In this document: positions 8,660 to 16,905 of the stretch, one piece after another | How positions within the stretch are numbered: the stretch's first letter is position 1 | Layout: each line of letters opens with the position of its first letter | IMG/VR virus record: IMGVR_UViG_3300032290_000189 | Location: 1-24,502 of that record | From: a virus | Taxonomy: Duplodnaviria; Caudoviricetes | DNA: 24,502 nucleotides | Direction: 5' to 3' (one strand) | The notes under the pieces: model-generated | What the model was told of the DNA's origin: nothing | Seen by the model: only the letters and a program-made list of their open reading frames with translations | Database searches by the model: none | Made by a program: the position numbers and the translations under genes

Positions 8660-11532
8660 CGGATCACCACCGGGCCTTTGGCCGCTGTATTGCCTTTGCG
8701 GGAACTTCCGAGCGTGGATGGAGTAGCGAGAGAAAGCCGATCCGACAAATACCTGTCTGCGTCAGCCCACCCACCAGCCTCGGGGAAGTTTTTGGTCGCG
8801 TTATATGCAAACGCATTGCCGCCTACCGTACACGGCGCGGCGTAGGAAGCGCAGTCGCGTAACGCCGCGGCGGTATCCGTTACGGTCCCGTCGCACGCTG
8901 GTCCAGCACACGCATTGGTATAGCCTGGACCGCTGGCAGGGCCTCCGAAGGTCGCGGAAAACAGTTCGTCCCCGCGAGTCTTCCAGGTAGAGTCCCCAGT
9001 CTTGCGGTATAACCAGCCATAATTCCCCGGCAGTAGCCGCACAAGCGAAAGCATCCCGTTTGGTGGAGGCCCATCCCCGGCGCTGTTGTCGTTTTCGCAG
9101 TTCGGCGCAGACCCAGCCCCGCATGTGGTTAAGGCGACGATAGTGGTGTTGAAGTTGACTCCGGTGAACGCTGTTCCGGTCCATGCGGAGGCTAACGTCA
9201 AGTGCGTTCCGTCCGCACAGGAAGAAATGCGGCGGATATCGGTTCCCGAGCGCGGGTCGGACGCCCACGGCGCGAAATAATGCGCCCCGTCACAGATCCC
9301 AGCCCCCGTGAAGTTCGTCCCACTGCCCGTGATGTGGGTTGAGTCCGTCAGAGTGACGGTTCCGGCTTGCTGGACATTGCCAGAGTTCAGCGTCTGCGTC
9401 CCCATGCCAGTGTTGTAGTAGATGCCACGATTGACGCTAGATCGACCCTGTGAGTAAGCCCACTCAAGATTATTGGTGATAGACGTAAGAAGAGAAGCGG
9501 GGCGTGAGGTGGTGTCATTGCATACGGCAGAGTCTACGAGAGATTCATAAGAATACTGGAGCGCCCGATTAGTGACCATCTGCCGCCACGGGGAACCGCC
9601 AATTGTGAGGTTGGGGTAACTGGGATTGGCGGCATACAAGTCTTCTTTGTAGAACCCAGAAGCATCCTGCACGGTGATCCAAGAGTCCACCATCGACTGC
9701 AGGTTGGTGCAATAGGATGCGCGGTTGCCGGAATCGAATCGAGCGGCGAGGGCAACAAACCCCGTAGCGTAACCCATCTCGCGCTTGTCGCTGGAGGCGT
9801 CCGCGATGGTGTTGTAGAGGTTGTTCTGCGCGGCTTCCGCAACTATCAGCGAGTGCAGGTCCGTGACACGAGACGTTAGCCCGTCTCCATCCACTGCCCT
9901 CGCTATAGCCCCGCCAAGCGCCGAAACCCGGTTCGCCGGGGTGTTCCCAGCCCCGCTGTCGAGAGCATAGCGCCACCAAACGTCAGCCATGTCCTTTGCG
10001 TATTGCGTGTATGTATCAATCCCCGTCCGTACCCCGAGGCGATACAGGAACAGCACTAAGTCGTAATAATTCCAATTCGTGTTTCCGGCTCCTTGGGAGT
10101 ATCCCCATAGAGCGTAGTTGAAGCATGGCGAGTAGATCCCCGCACAAGTGAAATCGGGGGTCTTGGGGTTGTAGACGCTGACCGTCGATGGGCATGTTAA
10201 CAGCCCACGAAGGCACGGGCCATAATAGTAGCTCTCCAGCGTCACTTGCGTTGCCGAATCCACTGAGGTGATAGCCTGAACCGTGCGCCCAGTTCCAACT
10301 CCATCTGCTGTGGTCCACGCGACCACCAGAAGATCGCCCGCTGTTCGCCCAGAGGTCCATCCAGACGGACCTGTAAGAGTCGTTGGGTTGCTGGTGATAG
10401 TAAACGCCCCGGAGGTGGAAATCAGACTACCCACTCCCGCCACATCTGAAGCGCCTAGAGCGTTGCTTGGGGCTTGGTCGGCGTAGGCAAGGCTCAACCA
10501 GTCCCAGTAGGTCCACGGGCTGCAAGTCGAGTCTGCGAAAATCACCACCGGGCCGATGACCGCTTCTAGGTTTGAGTTTGATTGCGTAACCGTGCATCCA
10601 TCTGAGCTAACTGCAACGATGCCTACCTTGTGGCTTGTCGTGGTGTTTGCGGTCCCGTCGCCGACTTGAAGCTGAATGGTTTTAGTCCCCGCTGTAGAAT
10701 TGCTAAACGTAGTGGAGCTAGAGGAAGCCGCGCTGAACGATGCGCTTCCGGTCCCCGCCGTCATAGACCACGTAATTGAGGACGGCACACCCGTCGCCGC
10801 GCGAGAGCAGAACGAAGAACTCGTCAGGGCCAGCGATCCCGTGGTCTTTGCGGTCACAGGGGAAAGCCAATCCAGGAACGAGGCAGAACAGCTGTAAACC
10901 GGGGTGTTAGCGTAGGCCGGAGTTCCGCTGCTATAGGTCAGCGTCCACGCATGACTGGACCGATCCGTAAGGTTGTCCTGAAAACAGAAGTCGGCGTTGT
11001 TTACGGCTGACGTTGGGCAATCCGCTGGAGGCGTGGACCCAGTTGCCACAATCGCCGAGGACCAGCGCCAGAACGCATAATCAATCGCCGCGCTCATCGT
11101 GACGGTTTGCGATGTTGTCCCAGTGTATCCGATGGTCACCGGCTTGACTGATGACGTATAGTTAGCCCCAGCCCCGTCCCAAACCTCCAAAGTGTAGGTG
11201 AGGGCCGTGGTGTCGCGCTGCCATCGGAATCGAGCCTCCGAGTAGCCACTGAGATTTACCTGTGCGATCCCGCTTCCCGCGCCATCATACGAGCTATAAC
11301 ACCCAAGGTTAAGCGTAGATGCAGCGATGTAACACTTAATTATTCCGTCGTCATTGATTACCCTGTCGCTTCCAGTCGCCGAGCCAATGGCGTGCAGTTC
11401 GCCTTCGTACCGAACGTCAGCAAGCGTGAGTGACGTGTACGGGAACGACAAGTTTTGACCCGAGGCGATTACGACGGAGCGTTGCTGTGCTGCCAGCGGA
11501 AGGCAAATGGCAAGAGTTATCAGCCAGCGCAT
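8656..11532 (-). CDS. Large signal-peptide-bearing, Cys-rich multidomain protein (958 aa): beta-sandwich/PKD-like N-terminal part plus helical (alpha/alpha)-barrel-like region with inserted fibre-type beta modules
   Basis: MRWLITLAICLPLAA|QQ signal peptide; 22 Cys in mature part; ITWS...GTKTIQLQVGDG PKD-like pattern; helices YYDLVLFLYRLGVRTG and YGWLYRKTGDSTWKTRGDELF like six-hairpin glycosidase folds; TAATG overlap with upstream gene. Confidence 0.75.
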   Translation of the reverse strand: MRWLITLAICLPLAAQQRSVVIASGQNLSFPYTSLTLADVRYEGELHAIGSATGSDRVINDDGIIKCYIAASTLNLGCYSSYDGAGSGIAQVNLSGYSEARFRWQRDTTALTYTLEVWDGAGANYTSSVKPVTIGYTGTTSQTVTMSAAIDYAFWRWSSAIVATGSTPPADCPTSAVNNADFCFQDNLTDRSSHAWTLTYSSGTPAYANTPVYSCSASFLDWLSPVTAKTTGSLALTSSSFCSRAATGVPSSITWSMTAGTGSASFSAASSSSTTFSNSTAGTKTIQLQVGDGTANTTTSHKVGIVAVSSDGCTVTQSNSNLEAVIGPVVIFADSTCSPWTYWDWLSLAYADQAPSNALGASDVAGVGSLISTSGAFTITSNPTTLTGPSGWTSGRTAGDLLVVAWTTADGVGTGRTVQAITSVDSATQVTLESYYYGPCLRGLLTCPSTVSVYNPKTPDFTCAGIYSPCFNYALWGYSQGAGNTNWNYYDLVLFLYRLGVRTGIDTYTQYAKDMADVWWRYALDSGAGNTPANRVSALGGAIARAVDGDGLTSRVTDLHSLIVAEAAQNNLYNTIADASSDKREMGYATGFVALAARFDSGNRASYCTNLQSMVDSWITVQDASGFYKEDLYAANPSYPNLTIGGSPWRQMVTNRALQYSYESLVDSAVCNDTTSRPASLLTSITNNLEWAYSQGRSSVNRGIYYNTGMGTQTLNSGNVQQAGTVTLTDSTHITGSGTNFTGAGICDGAHYFAPWASDPRSGTDIRRISSCADGTHLTLASAWTGTAFTGVNFNTTIVALTTCGAGSAPNCENDNSAGDGPPPNGMLSLVRLLPGNYGWLYRKTGDSTWKTRGDELFSATFGGPASGPGYTNACAGPACDGTVTDTAAALRDCASYAAPCTVGGNAFAYNATKNFPEAGGWADADRYLSDRLSLATPSTLGSSRKGNTAAKGPVVIR

Positions 11533-12986
11533 TAGTTAGTCCCCAGGACGTAGAGGTTGTCGGTGGTTGAAAACCCTGACCGGGTGTAATAGCCAGTTGA
11601 GGCGGGGGTCAGGAACGTGGATGACCAGACAGGAATCCAAACCACTCCGTCAAACGAAGCGCGGCAGGTCGTAGTCGTTCCGTTCGTCGATGCGAGTTCC
11701 ACATAGATCAATCCTTGCCCTGTGAAATAGGCGTTCGAGGAGTTGTAGGCGATGGCATATTGCGCCCCGCCAGCCGTCCAGTCTGCATTGATCGTCTCAG
11801 CCGCAGAGGTAGTGGAGGTGTCGGTATATCTGTCTCCTCGCCAGATGAATCGATTAGATCCAGACGAAAGCCGTAACCCGCACACAACAGACTGCGTGCC
11901 GCTGTCCTTCACCAGCACCCCAGCTTCAGCGTTGTCGCCAATCATCGTGCCGATGCGTAGGGCGTATTTAACATTGAAAGTGCTGCTGCCCGTGGACTTC
12001 ACTCTTGCGCGAACATAATCCGAGCCTTCTTGCTGCGCCCAGATACCGCAGTTAGAACCGGCAGTGTTGGGCAGAGCCGTAATCGTCATTTGCGTGCCGT
12101 AGTTGTAGTCGCTCCATCCGGTGCTGTTGTCTAGGCAGGTGTATTGCGGGAAATAGGACGAAGCCCCTCCGCACGATGACCCACTTGCAAGGCATACCGC
12201 GCCCGTGCCGCTCACTGCCGTGATCGCCGTACCGTTGATCTTTAGACTGTTCCCCGTTCCAGCCGTGTCGAACGTCTTATTCGTGAGTGTAGCCGTGCTG
12301 GTGGCCGTGGGTACTTGTACCTCTCCGCCGTTGTTCAAGTTGGCGTACAAGAGGTGATCGGTCTTGCTGTACAATAAGGCCGCAGACGCTTCGCCCGTCC
12401 CAGCGGTGCCTTCTTTGAGGCAGATCAGTCCGGCAGTGCCAGCCGTGCAAGTGGGCGCAGATGATCCCGTAGACACACTTGATACGACCAAGTTACCACT
12501 GGAGTCCAAGGTGGCTGTGGATGATGGAGTTTGAAGTGTAGTAGTTCCTCCGCCCGTGACTAATGCCGTAGAAGTGAGTGCCCCAGAGCTAACTACGCTC
12601 ACGGTCCCTGATCCACCTCCGCTAATCGCAGTCCAAGTATTGCTGGCTGTGCAGAGATTCAGGTTGCTGCCAGCCGTAGCATCCGTATCGAACCACAGTT
12701 CCCCGGTAGCGCATGTCGCTGGAGCAGCCGTCTGTGTATAGCCGAAGAATGGCCCCCAAGCGTAGGTGCTAGATCCAGTCTGCTTGCAGACGTATACCTG
12801 CGTCGGAACACTCGCCTGATTGCCAGTGCGAACGTAGAACGATCCAACCTCCGAGGAGGCATCGCACGTACCGGATGAAGGTGCAGCCGTTCCTGTTACG
12901 TTGCGGAACTTCGCAGAGCTTCCGTTGATGAGAGCCGTCTGCCCGAAGGCCAGTGCAGATGCAAGGATGAACAGTAGTGTCTTCAT
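11532..12986 (-). CDS. Signal-peptide-bearing tail-fibre-like protein (484 aa)
   Basis: MKTLLFILASALAFG|Q signal peptide; two TAAP..C..G(S/E)(F/L)(Y/W) repeats, TATLTNKT fibre motif, Thr/Ser/Gly-rich shaft, beta-sandwich-like C-terminus; 12 Cys. Confidence 0.75.
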   Translation of the reverse strand: MKTLLFILASALAFGQTALINGSSAKFRNVTGTAAPSSGTCDASSEVGSFYVRTGNQASVPTQVYVCKQTGSSTYAWGPFFGYTQTAAPATCATGELWFDTDATAGSNLNLCTASNTWTAISGGGSGTVSVVSSGALTSTALVTGGGTTTLQTPSSTATLDSSGNLVVSSVSTGSSAPTCTAGTAGLICLKEGTAGTGEASAALLYSKTDHLLYANLNNGGEVQVPTATSTATLTNKTFDTAGTGNSLKINGTAITAVSGTGAVCLASGSSCGGASSYFPQYTCLDNSTGWSDYNYGTQMTITALPNTAGSNCGIWAQQEGSDYVRARVKSTGSSTFNVKYALRIGTMIGDNAEAGVLVKDSGTQSVVCGLRLSSGSNRFIWRGDRYTDTSTTSAAETINADWTAGGAQYAIAYNSSNAYFTGQGLIYVELASTNGTTTTCRASFDGVVWIPVWSSTFLTPASTGYYTRSGFSTTDNLYVLGTN

Positions 12987-13769
12987 TTATCGCTGACTCC
13001 CGAGGCTGATCGCCTCTAGGTTGGTTCCATCGAAACAGTGGAACTGCTGGCAGTTGATCGCAGCAGCAGTGTCGTCAATCGTCATGCCGCCCAGTACGTT
13101 CGTAGGCCACACAAAGGAGCGGCCACCCGTACCGTCCTGCACGATCTTAAAGGTGACCGTCTGACCAGCCACGATGTTATTCAAAGTGCTGGATGTGACG
13201 TTCCCGGTGAGGGTGATCGTAAATGACGATCCAGATGCCGCGTTGAATGTAGGGGTAGCCGAGTAGCTTACCGCTACTACCGTATGGCAAGAGCGGCGAT
13301 AGCGGATATCGCGGAATGTCCCAGGGGTCCCGTTGTTGATCTCTAGGATTCCGGCAGCGTTGCGGGATAAGGCAACGTCTTTCGTGTCAAATGCGTAGGT
13401 AGTGGAGGACCAAGCGATTACCTTGTCTGAAGCTAGAGACATCGCGGGGGAACTCGTATTGCCACTAATCGCAACTACCGCGTTAGACGAACCATCCTGA
13501 CCAATGAATCCGGCGTTAGTGGCTACCAAATCACCAGCTACGGAAACCTTAACCTCCGAGGTCCACGAGGCATCCGTACCGTCAGTCGTGAGCAGCGAGT
13601 TGTCATTGCCAGTCTGCGATGGGAGTCCACCATTGTCGGAGTCCAGCACCCCACCGGGGAACAGAGCGTCTAGGGTGTCCCAGTTCTCATTGGTCTTCGT
13701 AGCCCAAGTAGTGCTAACCCCAACCTGCGGTTTCGTAAGTGCGAGATTTGTAGTTTGAGAGTCAGCCAT
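12987..13769 (-). CDS. Short tail fibre / fibre-anchor protein (260 aa)
   Basis: N-terminal anchor TTNLALTKPQVG..TWATKTNENWDTLD, LPSQTGN..LTTDGTDASW motif, C-terminal ITLTGN...QDGTGGRSFVWP domain common in phage fibres. Confidence 0.75.
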   Translation of the reverse strand: MADSQTTNLALTKPQVGVSTTWATKTNENWDTLDALFPGGVLDSDNGGLPSQTGNDNSLLTTDGTDASWTSEVKVSVAGDLVATNAGFIGQDGSSNAVVAISGNTSSPAMSLASDKVIAWSSTTYAFDTKDVALSRNAAGILEINNGTPGTFRDIRYRRSCHTVVAVSYSATPTFNAASGSSFTITLTGNVTSSTLNNIVAGQTVTFKIVQDGTGGRSFVWPTNVLGGMTIDDTAAAINCQQFHCFDGTNLEAISLGSQR

Positions 13770-15638
13770 TTAGTTCACCCATGACGGTCGTTTCTTGCTC
13801 CAGTCGCCTGTAGCGTCAGTGCCATACCATGCAGGTACAGTCTTGGGTGCAGCACACTCCCAAGCCGTGAGTTTCCCGTACTGCGTGGCTCCATACGGGT
13901 AGTCACCATAAAGGACGGTGGAATCGAGTACGTTACAAGTCCAGGACTCAGCAGCAACCGTAGCCGCTTCCCACGCGACCACATTCCCGTAGAGCGTGGA
14001 CCCGTATACCGTTCCTCCGTAGAAGACGGTCGAGTTGACCGTGTTGCAATCCCAGATGACCTGCGCGTCGGCTACTCCCTCAACGGTGGCCGAGCTAGCA
14101 GCGGAGCCAGCAGATGCAGCCGTGGATGTAGCCGATGCAGCGGCTAATCCGTTAGTAGACGATGCGCCAACTGCGAAGAAATACCCTAGGCCAGCACCGG
14201 ACACCCCAGCAGTAGCAGACGCAGCGCCAGCAGATCGCTTCTCTGCTGCGCCAGGAGCAGCAGCGGTAGCCGTAGAGCTAGAGGCCCCGACGCTGAGAGC
14301 GGAGGCTACGCCAGCAGCGGAAGCAGTGCCACTAGCCGACGCTGCACCAGCGGATCGAGCGGTAGCCACTCCAGTTCCGGTTGCCGACGAGGTAGCCGCG
14401 CCAGCACCAGCAGCAGTGGAAGTGGATGCGCCAACACCGGAAACTGTGGATGTGGCCGCGGAAGCTGCTGCCGCTTGCTTCTGTGCCTCGCCAATACCAG
14501 TGACGGTAGACGTTCCAGCAGCCGATCCAGGACTACGGGCAGACGATGTAGCTACAGCAGTAGCCGTCCCGGTAGCCGCAGCAGCACCAGCAGACCGAGC
14601 GGTAGACGTGGACGTTCCAGCCACCGTGGATGTGGCAGCAGCCGCACCATCAGCAGTAGCGGTAGATCGGCCAACACCAGTAACCGTGGAATTTCCAGCA
14701 GCACTCGCTGGTGATTGGGCAAGGGCCGCGCCAACACCAGTAACAGTAGACGTGCCAGCAGCAGAGCCATCGCTACCAGTGGACAGAGCCACTCCGCTAA
14801 CCGTAGAGGTGGCCGAAGCAGAGCCAGACGCGCGGTACTCAGCAATGCCCGTTGCCGCTACCGTAGAAGTTCCATTGGAAGAAGCCGCCGCTCTGAATGT
14901 GGCTGCGCCTGTCGCCGCTACCGTGGATGTCCCGGCAGCAGAGCCGGAAGATGAAGCACTAGCCGCGCCAACACCAGTAGCCGAGCCAACTCCAGCAGCC
15001 GTTCCTGGAGATAGCACATCGAACGATATAGTGTTTGAAAACTCAATCCACGGTACATTGTCCGTGGTCGTGGTTTCATTTTCTGCTAGGTCAGTAGATC
15101 CCGTATCGCCATAACGGAGGCTTACGTTGCGGCTAGTGGTCGTTGCCGAGCGAAATCCAATCTCAATAACTAGGTAATCCCCAGAAGTAGCAGACTGCGA
15201 AGTGAGCGATATAGCCGCACTCTCCGCAGAGTTCATGAACTTGCGATTGGTAAGCGTGGCGGCAAGTTCTGGTGGGGTAGTAGTCGCATCGGCAGCAGTC
15301 TGCGCTAACAGTACTGCGCGATCCGCACCCCCCGGCTGGATGATCTTAATTGCTAGCCCAAGGGTGGCGTTGGCACCGGTGTTATTTTCCGAGCCTAGCA
15401 TCTGACCCTTGACTGTCCCGCTAATTGTCTGGGCAGATAGAGGCCCAATGACGTAGCGCAACATAGCCCTAGCTGTAGGGCTAGTTGTGCCGGTAGCCTC
15501 CGTTTTGGTAGTCAGCGCGGACGAGGTTTTCGTCCTACTGCCAGCGAAGGTCAGCGGGTTAATCTGCGCCCCAAAGTTCCAAGTGGACGGAGTTACCGCC
15601 GCACTTCCACTTGAGGGGAGATATACGCGAGTAGCCAT
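13770..15638 (-). CDS. Ala/Ser/Thr/Gly repeat virion protein (622 aa)
   Basis: ~205-aa globular N-terminus, ~310 aa of ~20-residue repeats (SAGAAAGTSTVTGVG-like), C-terminal duplicated YG motif; in structural operon, coupled to neighbours. Confidence 0.8.
   Translation of the reverse strand: MATRVYLPSSGSAAVTPSTWNFGAQINPLTFAGSRTKTSSALTTKTEATGTTSPTARAMLRYVIGPLSAQTISGTVKGQMLGSENNTGANATLGLAIKIIQPGGADRAVLLAQTAADATTTPPELAATLTNRKFMNSAESAAISLTSQSATSGDYLVIEIGFRSATTTSRNVSLRYGDTGSTDLAENETTTTDNVPWIEFSNTISFDVLSPGTAAGVGSATGVGAASASSSGSAAGTSTVAATGAATFRAAASSNGTSTVAATGIAEYRASGSASATSTVSGVALSTGSDGSAAGTSTVTGVGAALAQSPASAAGNSTVTGVGRSTATADGAAAATSTVAGTSTSTARSAGAAAATGTATAVATSSARSPGSAAGTSTVTGIGEAQKQAAAASAATSTVSGVGASTSTAAGAGAATSSATGTGVATARSAGAASASGTASAAGVASALSVGASSSTATAAAPGAAEKRSAGAASATAGVSGAGLGYFFAVGASSTNGLAAASATSTAASAGSAASSATVEGVADAQVIWDCNTVNSTVFYGGTVYGSTLYGNVVAWEAATVAAESWTCNVLDSTVLYGDYPYGATQYGKLTAWECAAPKTVPAWYGTDATGDWSKKRPSWVN
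14070..15010 (-). repeat. Degenerate ~60-nt coding tandem repeat (approximate bounds)
   Basis: Recurrent + strand motifs such as gcgccaacaccagta and ccgtggatgt; protein repeat (S/A)xG(S/A)AAxTSTVxGxG. Confidence 0.75.
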
Positions 15639-15641
15639 TAA

Positions 15642-16274
15642 TTAGTCGATAGTGATAGCGGTAGCCGTGGTCAGCACCGGAGTGATGCCGTTACCTGTGA
15701 CAATGTTCGGCGTAACCGTTCCACTGAAAAAAATCTTCGTAGTGCCACCACCCGTAGGGCCAACCGAGAAGTGAGTAGCCGTGCCACTGCCACCCGTGCC
15801 AGCAGGGAAGCTGATCGACGCCACGGGGCTAACACTGTTCGCCGTTACCGTCCAGCCACCAGAGGTACGAGCCACCGAGACACGCGCATAGCTGGTGTAG
15901 GTGATCTCCGACGTGGACTGCGTGCCAGTATCGCCTGGATCGGCAGTATGCAATGCCACCGAAAGATTGGTAAGAGGAGACGTACCCGCGTTGTCTGCCA
16001 CGTTCGCAATCGCCGTCGCCTGGAAGATCAACTTCATCAGGTCGTTCTCGAACGTATCGCCAATCGACGCTCCAGCGAGGAACGGAACCCCAAGGAACTT
16101 CGAGCGCAACGAGAGAGCGCCAAACATCGCACGCTGCCGCCATTCGAGCGGGATCATGTTGCGATGCAGCAACCATACAAAGCCGCGCATCGCAGCGCGA
16201 ACGATACCCTTCTTGATCGAAACAGGTCCAGGGCGATAGCCCAATCCGACAGCTTCTACGATGCGTTGTTCCAT
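15642..16274 (-). CDS. Conserved phage virion protein (ALHTADP family) with N-terminal extension (210 aa; start revised to ATG 16274)
   Basis: SD AAAGGGAG before ATG 16274, 10 nt after adaptor stop; core LSVALHTADPG..SEITYTSYARVSVAR..ISFP..THFSVG motif of a widespread minor virion protein family. Confidence 0.75.
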   Translation of the reverse strand: MEQRIVEAVGLGYRPGPVSIKKGIVRAAMRGFVWLLHRNMIPLEWRQRAMFGALSLRSKFLGVPFLAGASIGDTFENDLMKLIFQATAIANVADNAGTSPLTNLSVALHTADPGDTGTQSTSEITYTSYARVSVARTSGGWTVTANSVSPVASISFPAGTGGSGTATHFSVGPTGGGTTKIFFSGTVTPNIVTGNGITPVLTTATAITID

Positions 16275-16284
16275 GATTCTCCCT

Positions 16285-16905
16285 TTAACCGATTGCTTTT
16301 GAACGTACCCGTGGAGTAGACCCGGCATAGTCAGACCGATCGCTCTCCGCTTGGATATCCGAGAAAATGGACTTATACAGCCCACTCCACAGCCCGATTC
16401 GCTCATCTTCTTTGAGGTACGGCGCAGACTGAAGCAAAGCCCCGAACAAGTACAGGTCTGGAGCCTTCTCCAGAAGCCAGTTCGTTGTGTCGTCGTCCGA
16501 CAGAGGAGTGATCTTCTCGTAGTACGTCATCTCCGTGTCGTACTCTCCGTCAGGGGCAGGTACAAACTCTAGGGCATCTGCGTTCAGTGCGTAGCTTTCC
16601 GGCGCTCCAGTAGTGCCGTAGTTCAGGCGAACATCATCTACCTGCTTATCCCCGAGGATCGTCAACGGTCGCCACAAGCCATTCACCGAGATACGGAATT
16701 TCTTCATCTCCAGGAAGTCCACAGGCAACGCAGCGTACTGGTCGGAGATCGTGGCCGTCGATCGGCACAGCATATCCCGAACACGCAGCGTGCGCTGAAT
16801 CTCCTTCTCTGCCAGAGAAATGAACGTCGGGATGACCGTCGTCAAGTCTTGGCGGTTCAGGTAGTCAGCGACAGCAGACTTCAGCGTGGAGTAGGAAGTA
16901 ATCAA
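16285..16905 (-). CDS. Head-tail adaptor (tail tubular protein A-like, 206 aa)
   Basis: ITSYSTLKSAVADYLNRQDL..IPTFISLAE, LPVDFLEM, NWLLEKAPDLYLFGALL motifs of podovirus adaptors; TTG start overlapping upstream TGA. Confidence 0.8.
   Translation of the reverse strand: MITSYSTLKSAVADYLNRQDLTTVIPTFISLAEKEIQRTLRVRDMLCRSTATISDQYAALPVDFLEMKKFRISVNGLWRPLTILGDKQVDDVRLNYGTTGAPESYALNADALEFVPAPDGEYDTEMTYYEKITPLSDDDTTNWLLEKAPDLYLFGALLQSAPYLKEDERIGLWSGLYKSIFSDIQAESDRSDYAGSTPRVRSKAIG

Noticed and set aside
14035-15114. 359-aa + strand Ala/Val/Pro-rich ORF
   Set aside because: Antisense shadow of the Ala/Ser/Thr repeat gene; low-complexity GC-rich codons lack stops on the opposite strand
7521-15638. Diversity-generating retroelement or shufflon acting on fibres; CRISPR array
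   Set aside because: No reverse transcriptase, invertase, TR/VR pair or regularly spaced repeat-spacer array seen in this window
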